From the human T2T-CHM13v2.0 reference genome, Homo sapiens: a stretch of 64,000 nucleotides of DNA. How positions within the stretch are numbered: position 1 is the first letter of the stretch; every line of letters starts with the position of its first letter. The notes beneath the pieces were generated by a model, which was given only the letters and a program-made list of their open reading frames with translations, had not been told where the DNA came from and made no database searches. The stretch lies in the NCBI RefSeq assembly GCF_009914755.1, contig NC_060931.1; one strand, given 5' to 3'. Below, piece by piece: positions 12,801 to 27,800 of this stretch. Position numbers and translations under genes: made by a program.

Positions 12801-15800
12801 GTGTGTATTCAACTCACAGAGTGGAACGTCCCTTTACAGAGAGCAGATTTGAAACACTCTTTTTGTGGAGTTTGCAAGTGGAGATTTCAAGCGATTTGAT
12901 GCCTACAGTAGAAAAGGAAATATCTTCAAATAAAAACTAGACAGAATCATTCTCAGAAACTACTTTGTGATGTGTGCCTTCAACTCACAGAGTTTAACCT
13001 TTCTTTTCTTAGAGCAGTTTAGAAACACTCTGCTTGTTATGTCTGCAAGTGGATATTTGGACCTCTTTGAGGCCTTCGTTGCAAACGGGGTTTCTTCCTT
13101 TCATGCTAGACTAAGAAGAGTTCTCAGTAACTTTTTTGTGTTGTGTGTATTCAACTCACAGAGTTGAACCTTGCTTTAGAGAGAGCAGATTTGAAACACT
13201 CTTGCTGTGGCATTTTCAGGTGGAGATTTCAAGCGATTTGAGGACAATTGCAGAAAAGGAAATATCTTCGTATAATAACCAGACAGAATCATTCTCAGAA
13301 AGTGCTTTGTGATGTGTGCGTTCAACTCACAGAGTTTAACCTTTCTTTTCATAGAGGAGTTTGGAAACACACTGTTTGTAAAGTCTGCAAGTGGATACAT
13401 GGACCTGTTTGAGGCCTTCGTTGGAAACGGGATTTCTTCATTGAATGCTAGACGGAAGAATTCTCAGTAAATTCTTTGTGTTGTGTGCATTCAACTCACA
13501 GAGTGGAACGTCCCTTTAGACAGAGCAGATTTGAAACACTCTTTTTGCGGAATTTGCAAGTGGAGATTTCTAGCCATTTGATGCCAACAGTAGAAAGGGA
13601 AATATCTTCAAATAAAAACCAGACAGAATCATTCTCAGAAAATTCTTTGTGATGTGTGCGTTCAACTCACATAGTTTAACCTTTCTTTTCATAGAGCAGT
13701 TTGGAAACACTCTGTTTGTAAAGTCTGCAAGTGGATATATGGACCGCATTGAGGCCTTCGTTGGAAACGGGATTTCTTCATTTCATGCTAGACAGAAGAA
13801 TTCTCAGTAACTTCTTTGTGCTGTGTGTATTCAACTCACAGAGTGGAACGTCCCTTTGCACAGAGCAGATTTGAAACACTCTTTTTGTGGAGTTTGCAAG
13901 TGGAGATTTCAAGCGATTTGATGCCTACAGTAGAAAAGGAAATATCTTCAAATAAAAACTAGACAGAATCATTCTCAGAAACTACTTTGTGATGTGTGCC
14001 TTCAACTCACAGAGTTTAACCTTTCTTTTCTTAGAGCAGTTTAGAAACACTCTGCTTGTTACGTCTGCAAGTGGATATTTGGACCTCTTTGAGGCCTTCG
14101 TTGCAAACGGGGTTTCTTCCTTTCATGCTAGACTAAGAAGAGTTCTCAGTAACTTTTTTGTGTTGTGTGTATTCAACTCACAGAGTTGAACCTTGCTTTA
14201 GAGAGAGCAGATTTGAAACACTCTTGCTGTGGCATTTTCAGGTGGAGATTTCAAGCGATTTGAGGACAATTGCAGAAAAGGAAATATCTTCGTATAATAA
14301 CCAGACAGAATCATTCTCAGAAAGTGCTTTGTGATGTGTGCGTTCAACTCACAGAGTTTAACCTTTCTTTTCATAGAGGAGTTTGGAAACACACTGTTTG
14401 TAAAGTCTGCAAGTGGATATATGGACCTGTTTAAGGCCTTCGTTGGAAACGGGATTTCTTCATTGAATGCTAGACGGAAGAATTCTCAGTAAATTCTTTG
14501 TGTTGTGTGCATTCAACTCACAGAGTGGAACGTCCCTTTAGACAGAGCAGATTTGAAACACTCTTTTTGCGGAATTTGCAAGTGGAGATTTCTAGCCATT
14601 TGATGCCAACAGTAGAAAGGGAAATATCTTCAAATAAAAACCAGACAGAATCATTCTCAGAAAATTCTTTGTGATGTGTGCGTTCAACTCACATAGTTTA
14701 ACCTTTCTTTTCATAGAGCAGTTTGGAAACACTCTGTTTGTAAAGTCTGCAAGTGGATATATGGACCGCATTGAGGCCTTCGTTGGAAACGGGATTTCTT
14801 CATTTCATGCTAGACAGAAGAATTCTCAGTAACTTCTTTGTGCTGTGTGTATTCAACTCACAGAGTGGAACGTCCCTTTACACAGAGCAGATTTGAAACA
14901 CTCTTTTTGTGGAGTTTGCAAGTGGAGATTTCAAGCGATTTGATGCCTACAGTAGAAAAGGAAATATCTTCAAATAAAAACTAGACAGAATCATTCTCAG
15001 AAACTACTTTGTGATGTGTGCCTTCAACTCACAGAGTTTAACCTTTCTTTTCTTAGAGCAGTTTAGAAACACTCTGCTTGTTATGTCTGCAAGTGGATAT
15101 TTGGACCTCTTTGAGGCCTTCGTTGCAAACGGGGTTTCTTCCTTTCATGCTAGACTAAGAAGAGTTCTCAGTAACTTTTTTGTGTTGTGTGTATTCAACT
15201 CACAGAGTTGAACCTTGCTTTAGAGAGAGCAGATTTGAAACACTCTTGCTGTGGCATTTTCAGGTGGAGATTTCAAGCGATTTGAGGACAATTGCAGAAA
15301 AGGAAATATCTTCGTATAATAACCAGACAGAATCATTCTCAGAAAGTGCTTTGTGATGTGTGCGTTCAACTCACAGAGTTTAACCTTTCTTTTCATAGAG
15401 GAGTTTGGAAACACACTGTTTGTAAAGTCTGCAAGTGGATACATGGACCTGTTTGAGGCCTTCGTTGGAAACGGGATTTCTTCATTGAATGCTAGACGGA
15501 AGAATTCTCAGTAAATTCTTTGTGTTGTGTGCATTCAACTCACAGAGTGGAACGTCCCTTTAGACAGAGCAGATTTGAAACACTCTTTTTGCGGAATTTG
15601 CAAGTGGAGATTTCTAGCCATTTGATGCCAACAGTAGAAAGGGAAATATCTTCAAATAAAAACCAGACAGAATCATTCTCAGAAAATTCTTTGTGATGTG
15701 TGCGTTCAACTCACATAGTTTAACCTTTCTTTTCATAGAGCAGTTTGGAAACACTCTGTTTGTAAAGTCTGCAAGTGGATATATGGACCGCATTGAGGCC

Positions 15801-18800
15801 TTCGTTGGAAACGGGATTTCTTCATTTCATGCTAGACAGAAGAATTCTCAGTAACTTCTTTGTGCTGTGTGTATTCAACTCACAGAGTGGAACGTCCCTT
15901 TGCACAGAGCAGATTTGAAACACTCTTTTTGTGGAGTTTGCAAGTGGAGATTTCAAGCGATTTGATGCCAACAGTAGAAAAGGAAATATCTTCAAATAAA
16001 AACTAGACAGAATCATTCTCAGAAACAACTTTGTGATGTGTGCCTTCAACTCACAGAGTTTAACCTTTCTTTTCTTAGAGCAGTTTAGAAACACTCTGCT
16101 TGTTATGTCTGCAAGTGGATATTTGGACCTCTTTGAGGCCTTCGTTGCAAACGGGGTTTCTTCCTTTCATGCTAGACTAAGAAGAGTTCTCAGTAACTTT
16201 TTTGTGTTGTGTGTATTCAACTCACAGAGTTGAACCTTGCTTTAGAGAGAGCAGATTTGAAACACTCTTGCTGTGGCATTTTCAGGTGGAGATTTCAAGC
16301 GATTTGAGGACAATTGCAGAAAAGGAAATATCTTCGTATAATAACCAGACAGAATCATTCTCAGAAAGTGCTTTGTGATGTGTGCGTTCAACTCACAGAG
16401 TTTAACCTTTCTTTTCATAGAGGAGTTTGGAAGCACACTGTTTGTAAAGTCTGCAAGTGGATATATGGACCTGTTTGAGGCCTTCGTTGGAAACGGGATT
16501 TCTTCATTGAATGCTAGACGGAAGAATTCTCAGTAAATTCTTTGTGTTGTGTGCATTCAACTCACAGAGTGGAACGTCCCTTTATACAGAGCAGATTTGA
16601 AACACTCTTTTTGCGGAATTTGCAAGTGGAGATTTCTAGCCATTTGATGCCAACAGTAGAAAGGGAAATATCTTCAAATAAAAACCAGACAGAATCATTC
16701 TCAGAAAATTCTTTGTGATGTGTGCGTTCAACTCACATAGTTTAACCTTTCTTTTCATAGAGCAGTTTGGAAACACTCTGTTTGTAAAGTCTGCAAGTGG
16801 ATATATGGACCGCATTGAGGCCTTCGTTGGAAACGGGATTTCTTCATTTCATGCTAGACAGAAGAATTCTCAGTAACTTCTTTGTGCTGTGTGTATTCAA
16901 CTCACAGAGTGGAACGTCCCTTTGCACAGAGCAGATTTGAAACACTCTTTTTGTGGAGTTTGCAAGTGGAGATTTCAAGCGATTTGATGCCAACAGTAGA
17001 AAAGGAAATATCTTCAAATAAAAACTAGACAGAATCATTCTCAGAAACTACTTTGTGATGTGTGCCTTCAACTCACAGAGTTTAACCTTTCTTTTCTTAG
17101 AGCAGTTTAGAAACACTCTGCTTGTTACGTCTGCAAGTGGATATTTGGACCTCTTTGAGGCCTTCGTTGCAAACGGGGTTTCTTCCTTTCATGCTAGACT
17201 AAGAAGAGTTCTCAGTAACTTTTTTGTGTTGTGTGTATTCAACTCACAGAGTTGAACCTTGCTTTAGAGAGAGCAGATTTGAAACACTCTTGCTGTGGCA
17301 TTTTCAGGTGGAGATTTCAAGCGATTTGAGGACAATTGCAGAAAAGGAAATATCTTCGTATAATAACCAGACAGAATCATTCTCAGAAAGTGCTTTGTGA
17401 TGTGTGCGTTCAACTCACAGAGTTTAACCTTTCTTTTCATAGAGGAGTTTGGAAACACACTGTTTGTAAAGTCTGCAAGTGGATACATGGACCTGTTTGA
17501 GGCCTTCGTTGGAAACGGGATTTCTTCATTGAATGCTAGACGGAAGAATTCTCAGTAAATTCTTTGTGTTGTGTGCATTCAACTCACAGAGTGGAACGTC
17601 CCTTTAGACAGAGCAGATTTGAAACACTCTTTTTGCGGAATTTGCAAGTGGAGATTTCTAGCCATTTGATGCCAACAGTAGAAAGGGAAATATCTTCAAA
17701 TAAAAACCAGACAGAATCATTCTCAGAAAATTATTTGTGATGTGTGCGTTCAACTCACATAGTTTAACCTTTCTTTTCATAGAGCAGTTTGGAAACACTC
17801 TGTTTGTAAAGTCTGCAAGTGGATATATGGACCGCATTGAGGCCTTCGTTGGAAACGGGATTTCTTCATTTCATGCTAGACAGAAGAATTCTCAGTAACT
17901 TCTTTGTGCTGTGTGTATTCAACTCACAGAGTGGAACGTCCCTTTGCACAGAGCAGATTTGAAACACTCTTTTTGTGGAGTTTGCAAGTGGAGATTTCAA
18001 GCGATTTGATGCCAACAGTAGAAAAGGAAATATCTTCAAATAAAAACTAGACAGAATCATTCTCAGAAACTACTTTGTGATGTGTGCCTTCAACTCACAG
18101 AGTTTAACCTTTCTTTTCTTAGAGCAGTTTAGAAACACTCTGCTTGTTATGTCTGCAAGTGGATATTTGGACCTCTTTGAGGCCTTCGTTGCAAACGGGG
18201 TTTCTTCCTTTCATGCTAGACTAAGAAGAGTTCTCAGTAACTTTTTTGTGTTGTGTGTATTCAACTCACAGAGTTGAACCTTGCTTTAGAGAGAGCAGAT
18301 TTGAAACACTCTTGCTGTGGCATTTTCAGGTGGAGATTTCAAGCGATTTGAGGACAATTGCAGAAAAGGAAATATCTTCGTATAATAACCAGACAGAATC
18401 ATTCTCAGAAAGTGCTTTGTGATGTGTGCGTTCAACTCACAGAGTTTAACCTTTCTTTTCATAGAGGAGTTTGGAAACACACTGTTTGTAAAGTCTGCAA
18501 GTGGATACATGGACCTGTTTGAGGCCTTCGTTGGAAACGGGATTTCTTCATTGAATGCTAGACGGAAGAATTCTCAGTAAATTCTTTGTGTTGTGTGCAT
18601 TCAACTCACAGAGTGGAACGTCCCTTTAGACAGAGCAGATTTGAAACACTCTTTTTGCGGAATTTGCAAGTGGAGATTTCTAGCCATTTGATGCCAACAG
18701 TAGAAAGGGAAATATCTTCAAATAAAAACCAGACAGAATCATTCTCAGAAAATTCTTTGTGATGTGTGCGTTCAACTCACATAGTTTAACCTTTCTTTTC

Positions 18801-21800
18801 ATAGAGCAGTTTGGAAACACTCTGTTTGTAAAGTCTGCAAGTGGATATATGGACCGCATTGAGGCCTTCGTTGGAAACGGGATTTCTTCATTTCATGCTA
18901 GACAGAAGAATTCTCAGTAACTTCTTTGTGCTGTGTGTATTCAACTCACAGAGTGGAACGTCCCTTTGCACAGAGCAGATTTGAAACACTCTTTTTGTGG
19001 AGTTTGCAAGTGGAGATTTCAAGCGATTTGATGCCAACAGTAGAAAAGGAAATATCTTCAAATAAAAACTAGACAGAATCATTCTCAGAAACTACTTTGT
19101 GATGTGTGCCTTCAACTCACAGAGTTTAACCTTTCTTTTCTTAGAGCAGTTTAGAAACACTCTGCTTGTTATGTCTGCAAGTGGATATTTGGACCTCTTT
19201 GAGGCCTTCGTTGCAAACGGGGTTTCTTCCTTTCATGCTAGACTAAGAAGAGTTCTCAGTAACTTTTTTGTGTTGTGTGTATTCAACTCACAGAGTTGAA
19301 CCTTGGTTTAGAGAGAGCAGATTTGAAACACTCTTGCTGTGGCATTTTCAGGTGGAGATTTCAAGCGATTTGAGGACAATTGCAGAAAAGGAAATATCTT
19401 CGTATAATAACCAGACAGAATCATTCTCAGAAAGTGCTTTGTGATGTGTGCGTTCAACTCACAGAGTTTAACCTTTCTTTTCATAGAGGAGTTTGGAAAC
19501 ACACTGTTTGTAAAGTCTGCAAGTGGATACATGGACCTGTTTGAGGCCTTCGTTGGAAACGGGATTTCTTCATTGAATGCTAGACGGAAGAATTCTCAGT
19601 AAATTCTTTGTGTTGTGTGCATTCAACTCACAGAGTGGAACGTCCCTTTAGACAGAGCAGATTTGAAACACTCTTTTTGCGGAATTTGCAAGTGGAGATT
19701 TCTAGCCATTTGATGCCAACAGTAGAAAGGGAAATATCTTCAAATAAAAACCAGACAGAATCATTCTCAGAAAATTCTTTGTGATGTGTGCGTTCAACTC
19801 ACATAGTTTAACCTTTCTTTTCATAGAGCAGTTTGGAAACACTCTGTTTGTAAAGTCTGCAAGTGGATATATGGACCGCATTGAGGCCTTCGTTGGAAAC
19901 GGGATTTCTTCATTTCATGCTAGACAGAAGAATTCTCAGTAACTTCTTTGTGCTGTGTGTATTCAACTCACAGAGTGGAACGTCCCTTTGCACAGAGCAG
20001 ATTTGAAACACTCTTTTTGTGGAGTTTGCAAGTGGAGATTTCAAGCGATTTGATGCCAACAGTAGAAAAGGAAATATCTTCAAATAAAAACTAGACAGAA
20101 TCATTCTCAGAAACTACTTTGTGATGTGTGCCTTCAACTCACAGAGTTTAACCTTTCTTTTCTTAGAGCAGTTTAGAAACACTCTGCTTGTTATGTCTGC
20201 AAGTGGATATTTGGACCTCTTTGAGGCCTTCGTTGCAAACGGGGTTTCTTCCTTTCATGCTAGACTAAGAAGAGTTCTCAGTAACTTTTTTGTGTTGTGT
20301 GTATTCAACTCACAGAGTTGAACCTTGCTTTAGAGAGAGCAGATTTGAAACACTCTTGCTGTGGCATTTTCAGGTGGAGATTTCAAGCGATTTGAGGACA
20401 ATTGCAGAAAAGGAAATATCTTCGTATAATAACCAGACAGAATCATTCTCAGAAAGTGCTTTGTGATGTGTGCGTTCAACTCACAGAGTTTAACCTTTCT
20501 TTTCATAGAGGAGTTTGGAAACACACTGTTTGTAAAGTCTGCAAGTGGATATACGGACCTGTTCGAGGCCTTCGTTGGAAACGGGATTTCTTCATTGAAT
20601 GCTAGACGGAAGAATTCTCAGTAAATTCTTTGTGTTGTGTGCATTCAACTCACAGAGTGGAACGTCCCTTTAGACAGAGCAGATTTGAAACACTCTTTTT
20701 GCGGAATTTGCAAGTGGAGATTTCTAGCCATTTGATGCCAACAGTAGAAAGGGAAATATCTTCAAATAAAAACCAGACAGAATCATTCTCAGAAAATTCT
20801 TTGTGATGTGTGCGTTCAACTCACATAGTTTAACCTTTCTTTTCATAGAGCAGTTTGGAAACACTCTGTTTGTAAAGTCTGCAAGTGGATATATGGACCG
20901 CATTGAGGCCTTCGTTGGAAACGGGATTTCTTCATTTCATGCTAGACAGAAGAATTCTCAGTAACTTCTTTGTGCTGTGTGTATTCAACTCACAGAGTGG
21001 AACGTCCCTTTGCACAGAGCAGATTTGAAACACTCTTTTTGTGGAGTTTGCAAGTGGAGATTTCAAGCGATTTGATGCCAACAGTAGAAAAGGAAATATC
21101 TTCAAATAAAAACTAGACAGAATCATTCTCAGAAACTACTTTGTGATGTGTGCCTTCAACTCACAGAGTTTAACCTTTCTTTTCTTAGAGCAGTTTAGAA
21201 ACACTCTGCTTGTTAGGTCTGCAAGTGGATATTTGGACCTCTTTGAGGCCTTCGTTGCAAACGGGGTTTCTTCCTTTCATGCTAGACTAAGAAGAGTTCT
21301 CAGTAACTTTTTTGTGTTGTGTGTATTCAACTCACAGAGTTGAACCCTGCTTTAGAGAGAGCAGATTTGAAACACTCTTGCTGTGGCATTTTCAGGTGGA
21401 GATTTCAAGCGATTTGAGGACAATTGCAGAAAAGGAAATATCTTCGTATAATAACCAGACAGAATCATTCTCAGAAAGTGCTTTGTGATGTGTGCGTTCA
21501 ACTCACAGAGTTTAACCTTTCTTTTCATAGAGGAGTTTGGAAACACACTGTTTGTAAAGTCTGCAAGTGGATATATGGACCTGTTTGAGGCCTTCGTTGG
21601 AAACGGGATTTCTTCATTGAATGCTAGACGGAAGAATTCTCAGTAAATTCTTTGTGTTGTGTGCATTCAACTCACAGAGTGGAACGTCCCTTTAGACAGA
21701 GCAGATTTGAAACACTCTTTTTGCGGAATTTGCAAGTGGAGATTTCTAGCCATTTGATGCCAACAGTAGAAAGGGAAATATCTTCAAATAAAAACCAGAC

Positions 21801-24800
21801 AGAATCATTCTCAGAAAATTCTTTGTGATGTGTGCGTTCAACTCACATAGTTTAACCTTTCTTTTCATAGAGCAGTTTGGAAACACTCTGTTTGTAAAGT
21901 CTGCAAGTGGATATATGGACCGCATTGAGGCCTTCGTTGGAAACGGGATTTCTTCATTTCATGCTAGACAGAAGAATTCTCAGTAACTTCTTTGTGCTGT
22001 GTGTATTCAACTCACAGAGTGGAACGTCCCTTTGCACAGAGCAGATTTGAAACACTCTTTTTGTGGAGTTTGCAAGTGGAGATTTCAAGCGATTTGATGC
22101 CAACAGTAGAAAAGGAAATATCTTCAAATAAAAACTAGACAGAATCATTCTCAGAAACTACTTTGTGATGTGTGCCTTCAACTCACAGAGTTTAACCTTT
22201 CTTTTCTTAGAGCAGTTTAGAAACACTCTGCTTGTTAGGTCTGCAAGTGGATATTTGGACCTCTTTGAGGCCTTCGTTGCAAACGGGGTTTCTTCCTTTC
22301 ATGCTAGACTAAGAAGAGTTCTCAGTAACTTTTTTGTGTTGTGTGTATTCAACTCACAGAGTTGAACCCTGCTTTAGAGAGAGCAGATTTGAAACACTCT
22401 TGCTGTGGCATTTTCAGGTGGAGATTTCAAGCGATTTGAGGACAATTGCAGAAAAGGAAATATCTTCGTATAATAACCAGACAGAATCATTCTCAGAAAG
22501 TGCTTTGTGATGTGTGCGTTCAACTCACAGAGTTTAACCTTTCTTTTCATAGAGGAGTTTGGAAACACACTGTTTGTAAAGTCTGCAAGTGGATATATGG
22601 ACCTGTTTGAGGCCTTCGTTGGAAACGGGATTTCTTCATTGAATGCTAGACGGAAGAATTCTCAGTAAATTCTTTGTGTTGTGTGCATTCAACTCACAGA
22701 GTGGAACGTCCCTTTAGACAGAGCAGATTTGAAACACTCTTTTTGCGGAATTTGCAAGTGGAGATTTCTAGCCATTTGATGCCAACAGTAGAAAGGGAAA
22801 TATCTTCAAATAAAAACCAGACAGAATCATTCTCAGAAAATTCTTTGTGATGTGTGCGTTCAACTCACATAGTTTAACCTTTCTTTTCATAGAGCAGTTT
22901 GGAAACACTCTGTTTGTAAAGTCTGCAAGTGGATATATGGACCGCATTGAGGCCTTCGTTGGAAACGGGATTTCTTCATTTCATGCTAGACAGAAGAATT
23001 CTCAGTAACTTCTTTGTGCTGTGTGTATTCAACTCACAGAGTGGAACGTCCCTTTGCACAGAGCAGATTTGAAACACTCTTTTTGTGGAGTTTGCAAGTG
23101 GAGATTTCAAGCGATTTGATGCCAACAGTAGAAAAGGAAATATCTTCAAATAAAAACTAGACAGAATCATTCTCAGAAACTACTTTGTGATGTGTGCCTT
23201 CAACTCACAGAGTTTAACCTTTCTTTTCTTAGAGCAGTTTAGAAACACTCTGCTTGTTATGTCTGCAAGTGGATATTTGGACCTCTTTGAGGCCTTCGTT
23301 GCAAACGTGGTTTCTTCCTTTCATGCTAGACTAAGAAGAGTTCTCAGTAACTTTTTTGTGTTGTGTGTATTCAACTCACAGAGTTGAACCCTGCTTTAGA
23401 GAGAGCAGATTTGAAACACTCTTGCTGTGGCATTTTCAGGTGGAGATTTCAAGCGATTTGAGGACAATTGCAGAAAAGGAAATATCTTCGTATAATAACC
23501 AGACAGAATCATTCTCAGAAAGTGCTTTGTGATGTGTGCGTTCAACTCACAGAGTTTAACCTTTCTTTTCATAGAGGAGTTTGGAAACACACTGTTTGTA
23601 AAGTCTGCAAGTGGATATATGGACCTGTTTGAGGCCTTCGTTGGAAACGGGATTTCTTCATTGAATGCTAGACGGAAGAATTCTCAGTAAATTCTTTGTG
23701 TTGTGTGCATTCAACTCACAGAGTGGAACGTCCCTTTAGACAGAGCAGATTTGAAACACTCTTTTTGCGGAATTTGCAAGTGGAGATTTCTAGCCATTTG
23801 ATGCCAACAGTAGAAAGGGAAATATCTTCAAATAAAAACCAGACAGAATCATTCTCAGAAAATTCTTTGTGATGTGTGCGTTCAACTCACATAGTTTAAC
23901 CTTTCTTTTCATAGAGCAGTTTGGAAACACTCTGTTTGTAAAGTCTGCAAGTGGATATATGGACCGCATTGAGGCCTTCGTTGGAAACGGGATTTCTTCA
24001 TTTCATGCTAGACAGAAGAATTCTCAGTAACTTCTTTGTGCTGTGTGTATTCAACTCACAGAGTGGAACGTCCCTTTGCACAGAGCAGATTTGAAACACT
24101 CTTTTTGTGGAGTTTGCAAGTGGAGATTTCAAGCGATTTGATGCCAACAGTAGAAAAGGAAATATCTTCAAATAAAAACTAGACAGAATCATTCTCAGAA
24201 ACTACTTTGTGATGTGTGCCTTCAACTCACAGAGTTTAACCTTTCTTTTCTTAGAGCAGTTTAGAAACACTCTGCTTGTTAGGTCTGCAAGTGGATATTT
24301 GGACCTCTTTGAGGCCTTCGTTGCAAACGGGGTTTCTTCCTTTCATGCTAGACTAAGAAGAGTTCTCAGTAACTTTTTTGTGTTGTGTGTATTCAACTCA
24401 CAGAGTTGAACCCTGCTTTAGAGAGAGCAGATTTGAAACACTCTTGCTGTGGCATTTTCAGGTGGAGATTTCAAGCGATTTGAGGACAATTGCAGAAAAG
24501 GAAATATCTTCGTATAATAACCAGACAGAATCATTCTCAGAAAGTGCTTTGTGATGTGTGCGTTCAACTCACAGAGTTTAACCTTTCTTTTCATAGAGGA
24601 GTTTGGAAACACACTGTTTGTAAAGTCTGCAAGTGGATATATGGACCTGTTTGAGGCCTTCGTTGGAAACGGGATTTCTTCATTGAATGCTAGACGGAAG
24701 AATTCTCAGTAAATTCTTTGTGTTGTGTGCATTCAACTCACAGAGTGGAACGTCCCTTTAGACAGAGCAGATTTGAAACACTCTTTTTGCGGAATTTGCA

Positions 24801-27800
24801 AGTGGAGATTTCTAGCCATTTGATGCCAACAGTAGAAAGGGAAATATCTTCAAACAAAAACCAGACAGAATCATTCTCAGAAAATTCTTTGTGATGTGTG
24901 CGTTCAACTCACATAGTTTAACCTTTCTTTTCATAGAGCAGTTTGGAAACACTCTGTTTGTAAAGTCTGCAAGTGGATATATGGACCGCATTGAGGCCTT
25001 CGTTGGAAACGGGATTTCTTCATTTCATGCTAGACAGAAGAATTCTCAGTAACTTCTTTGTGCTGTGTGTATTCAACTCACAGAGTGGAACGTCCCTTTG
25101 CACAGAGCAGATTTGAAACACTCTTTTTGTGGAGTTTGCAAGTGGAGATTTCAAGCGATTTGATGCCAACAGTAGAAAAGGAAATATCTTCAAATAAAAA
25201 CTAGACAGAATCATTCTCAGAAACTACTTTGTGATGTGTGCCTTCAACTCACAGAGTTTAACCTTTCTTTTCTTAGAGCAGTTTAGAAACACTCTGCTTG
25301 TTAGGTCTGCAAGTGCATATTTGGACCTCTTTGAGGCCTTCGTTGCAAACGGGGTTTCTTCCTTTCATGCTAGACTAAGAAGAGTTCTCAGTAACTTTTT
25401 TGTGTTGTGTGTATTCAACTCACAGAGTTGAACCCTGCTTTAGAGAGAGCAGATTTGAAACACTCTTGCTGTGGCATTTTCAGGTGGAGATTTCAAGCGA
25501 TTTGAGGACAATTGCAGAAAAGGAAATATCTTCGTATAATAACCAGACAGAATCATTCTCAGAAAGTGCTTTGTGATGTGTGCGTTCAACTCACAGAGTT
25601 TAACCTTTCTTTTCATAGAGGAGTTTGGAAACACACTGTTTGTAAAGTCTGCAAGTGGATATATGGACCTGTTTGAGGCCTTCGTTGGAAACGGGATTTC
25701 TTCATTGAATGCTAGACGGAAGAATTCTCAGTAAATTCTTTGTGTTGTGTGCATTCAACTCACAGAGTGGAACGTCCCTTTAGACAGAGCAGATTTGAAA
25801 CACTCTTTTTGCGGAATTTGCAAGTGGAGATTTCTAGCCATTTGATGCCAACAGTAGAAAGGGAAATATCTTCAAATAAAAACCAGACAGAATCATTCTC
25901 AGAAAATTCTTTGTGATGTGTGCGTTCAACTCACATAGTTTAACCTTTCTTTTCATAGAGCAGTTTGGAAACACTCTGTTTGTAAAGTCTGCAAGTGGAT
26001 ATATGGACCGCATTGAGGCCTTCGTTGGAAACGGGATTTCTTCATTTCATGCTAGACAGAAGAATTCTCAGTAACTTCTTTGTGCTGTGTGTATTCAACT
26101 CACAGAGTGGAACGTCCCTTTGCACAGAGCAGATTTGAAACACTCTTTTTGTGGAGTTTGCAAGTGGAGATTTCAAGCGATTTGATGCCAACAGTAGAAA
26201 AGGAAATATCTTCAAATAAAAACTAGACAGAATCATTCTCAGAAACTACTTTGTGATGTGTGCCTTCAACTCACAGAGTTTAACCTTTCTTTTCTTAGAG
26301 CAGTTTAGAAACACTCTGCTTGTTAGGTCTGCAAGTGCATATTTGGACCTCTTTGAGGCCTTCGTTGCAAACGGGGTTTCTTCCTTTCATGCTAGACTAA
26401 GAAGAGTTCTCAGTAACTTTTTTGTGTTGTGTGTATTCAACTCACAGAGTTGAACCCTGCTTTAGAGAGAGCAGATTTGAAACACTCTTGCTGTGGCATT
26501 TTCAGGTGGAGATTTCAAGCGATTTGAGGACAATTGCAGAAAAGGAAATATCTTCGTATAATAACCAGACAGAATCATTCTCAGAAAGTGCTTTGTGATG
26601 TGTGCGTTCAACTCACAGAGTTTAACCTTTCTTTTCATAGAGGAGTTTGGAAACACACTGTTTGTAAAGTCTGCAAGTGGATATATGGACCTGTTTGAGG
26701 CCTTCGTTGGAAACGGGATTTCTTCATTGAATGCTAGACGGAAGAATTCTCAGTAAATTCTTTGTGTTGTGTGCATTCAACTCACAGAGTGGAACGTCCC
26801 TTTAGACAGAGCAGATTTGAAACACTCTTTTTGCGGAATTTGCAAGTGGAGATTTCTAGCCATTTGATGCCAACAGTAGAAAGGGAAATATCTTCAAATA
26901 AAAACCAGACAGAATCATTCTCAGAAAATTCTTTGTGATGTGTGCGTTCAACTCACATAGTTTAACCTTTCTTTTCATAGAGCAGTTTGGAAACACTCTG
27001 TTTGTAAAGTCTGCAAGTGGATATATGGACCGCATTGAGGCCTTCGTTGGAAACGGGATTTCTTCATTTCATGCTAGACAGAAGAATTCTCAGTAACTTC
27101 TTTGTGCTGTGTGTATTCAACTCACAGAGTGGAACGTCCCTTTGCACAGAGCAGATTTGAAACACTCTTTTTGTGGAGTTTGCAAGTGGAGATTTCAAGC
27201 GATTTGATGCCAACAGTAGAAAAGGAAATATCTTCAAATAAAAACTAGACAGAATCATTCTCAGAAACTACTTTGTGATGTGTGCCTTCAACTCACAGAG
27301 TTTAACCTTTCTTTTCTTAGAGCAGTTTAGAAACACTCTGCTTGTTAGGTCTGCAAGTGGATATTTGGACCTCTTTGAGGCCTTCGTTGCAAACGGGGTT
27401 TCTTCCTTTCATGCTAGACTAAGAAGAGTTCTCAGTAACTTTTTTGTGTTGTGTGTATTCAACTCACAGAGTTGAACCCTGCTTTAGAGAGAGCAGATTT
27501 GAAACACTCTTGCTGTGGCATTTTCAGGTGGAGATTTCAAGCGATTTGAGGACAATTGCAGAAAAGGAAATATCTTCGTATAATAACCAGACAGAATCAT
27601 TCTCAGAAAGTGCTTTGTGATGTGTGCGTTCAACTCACAGAGTTTAACCTTTCTTTTCATAGAGGAGTTTGGAAACACACTGTTTGTAAAGTCTGCAAGT
27701 GGATATATGGACCTGTTTGAGGTCTTCGTTGGAAACGGGATTTCTTCATTGAATGCTAGACGGAAGAATTCTCAGTAAATTCTTTGTGTTGTGTGCATTC

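Noticed and set aside
15822-16094. Longest ORF (90 aa) as a candidate gene
   Set aside because: It is created by a single T>A change at 16027 (AAACTACT>AAACAACT) removing a stop codon in one HOR copy.
20402-20605. Unique 67-aa Cys-rich ORF resembling a zinc-binding peptide (CDVC, CKVC)
   Set aside because: It is opened only by T>C at 20564 (TGA>CGA). The Cys pattern derives from TG-rich satellite sequence.
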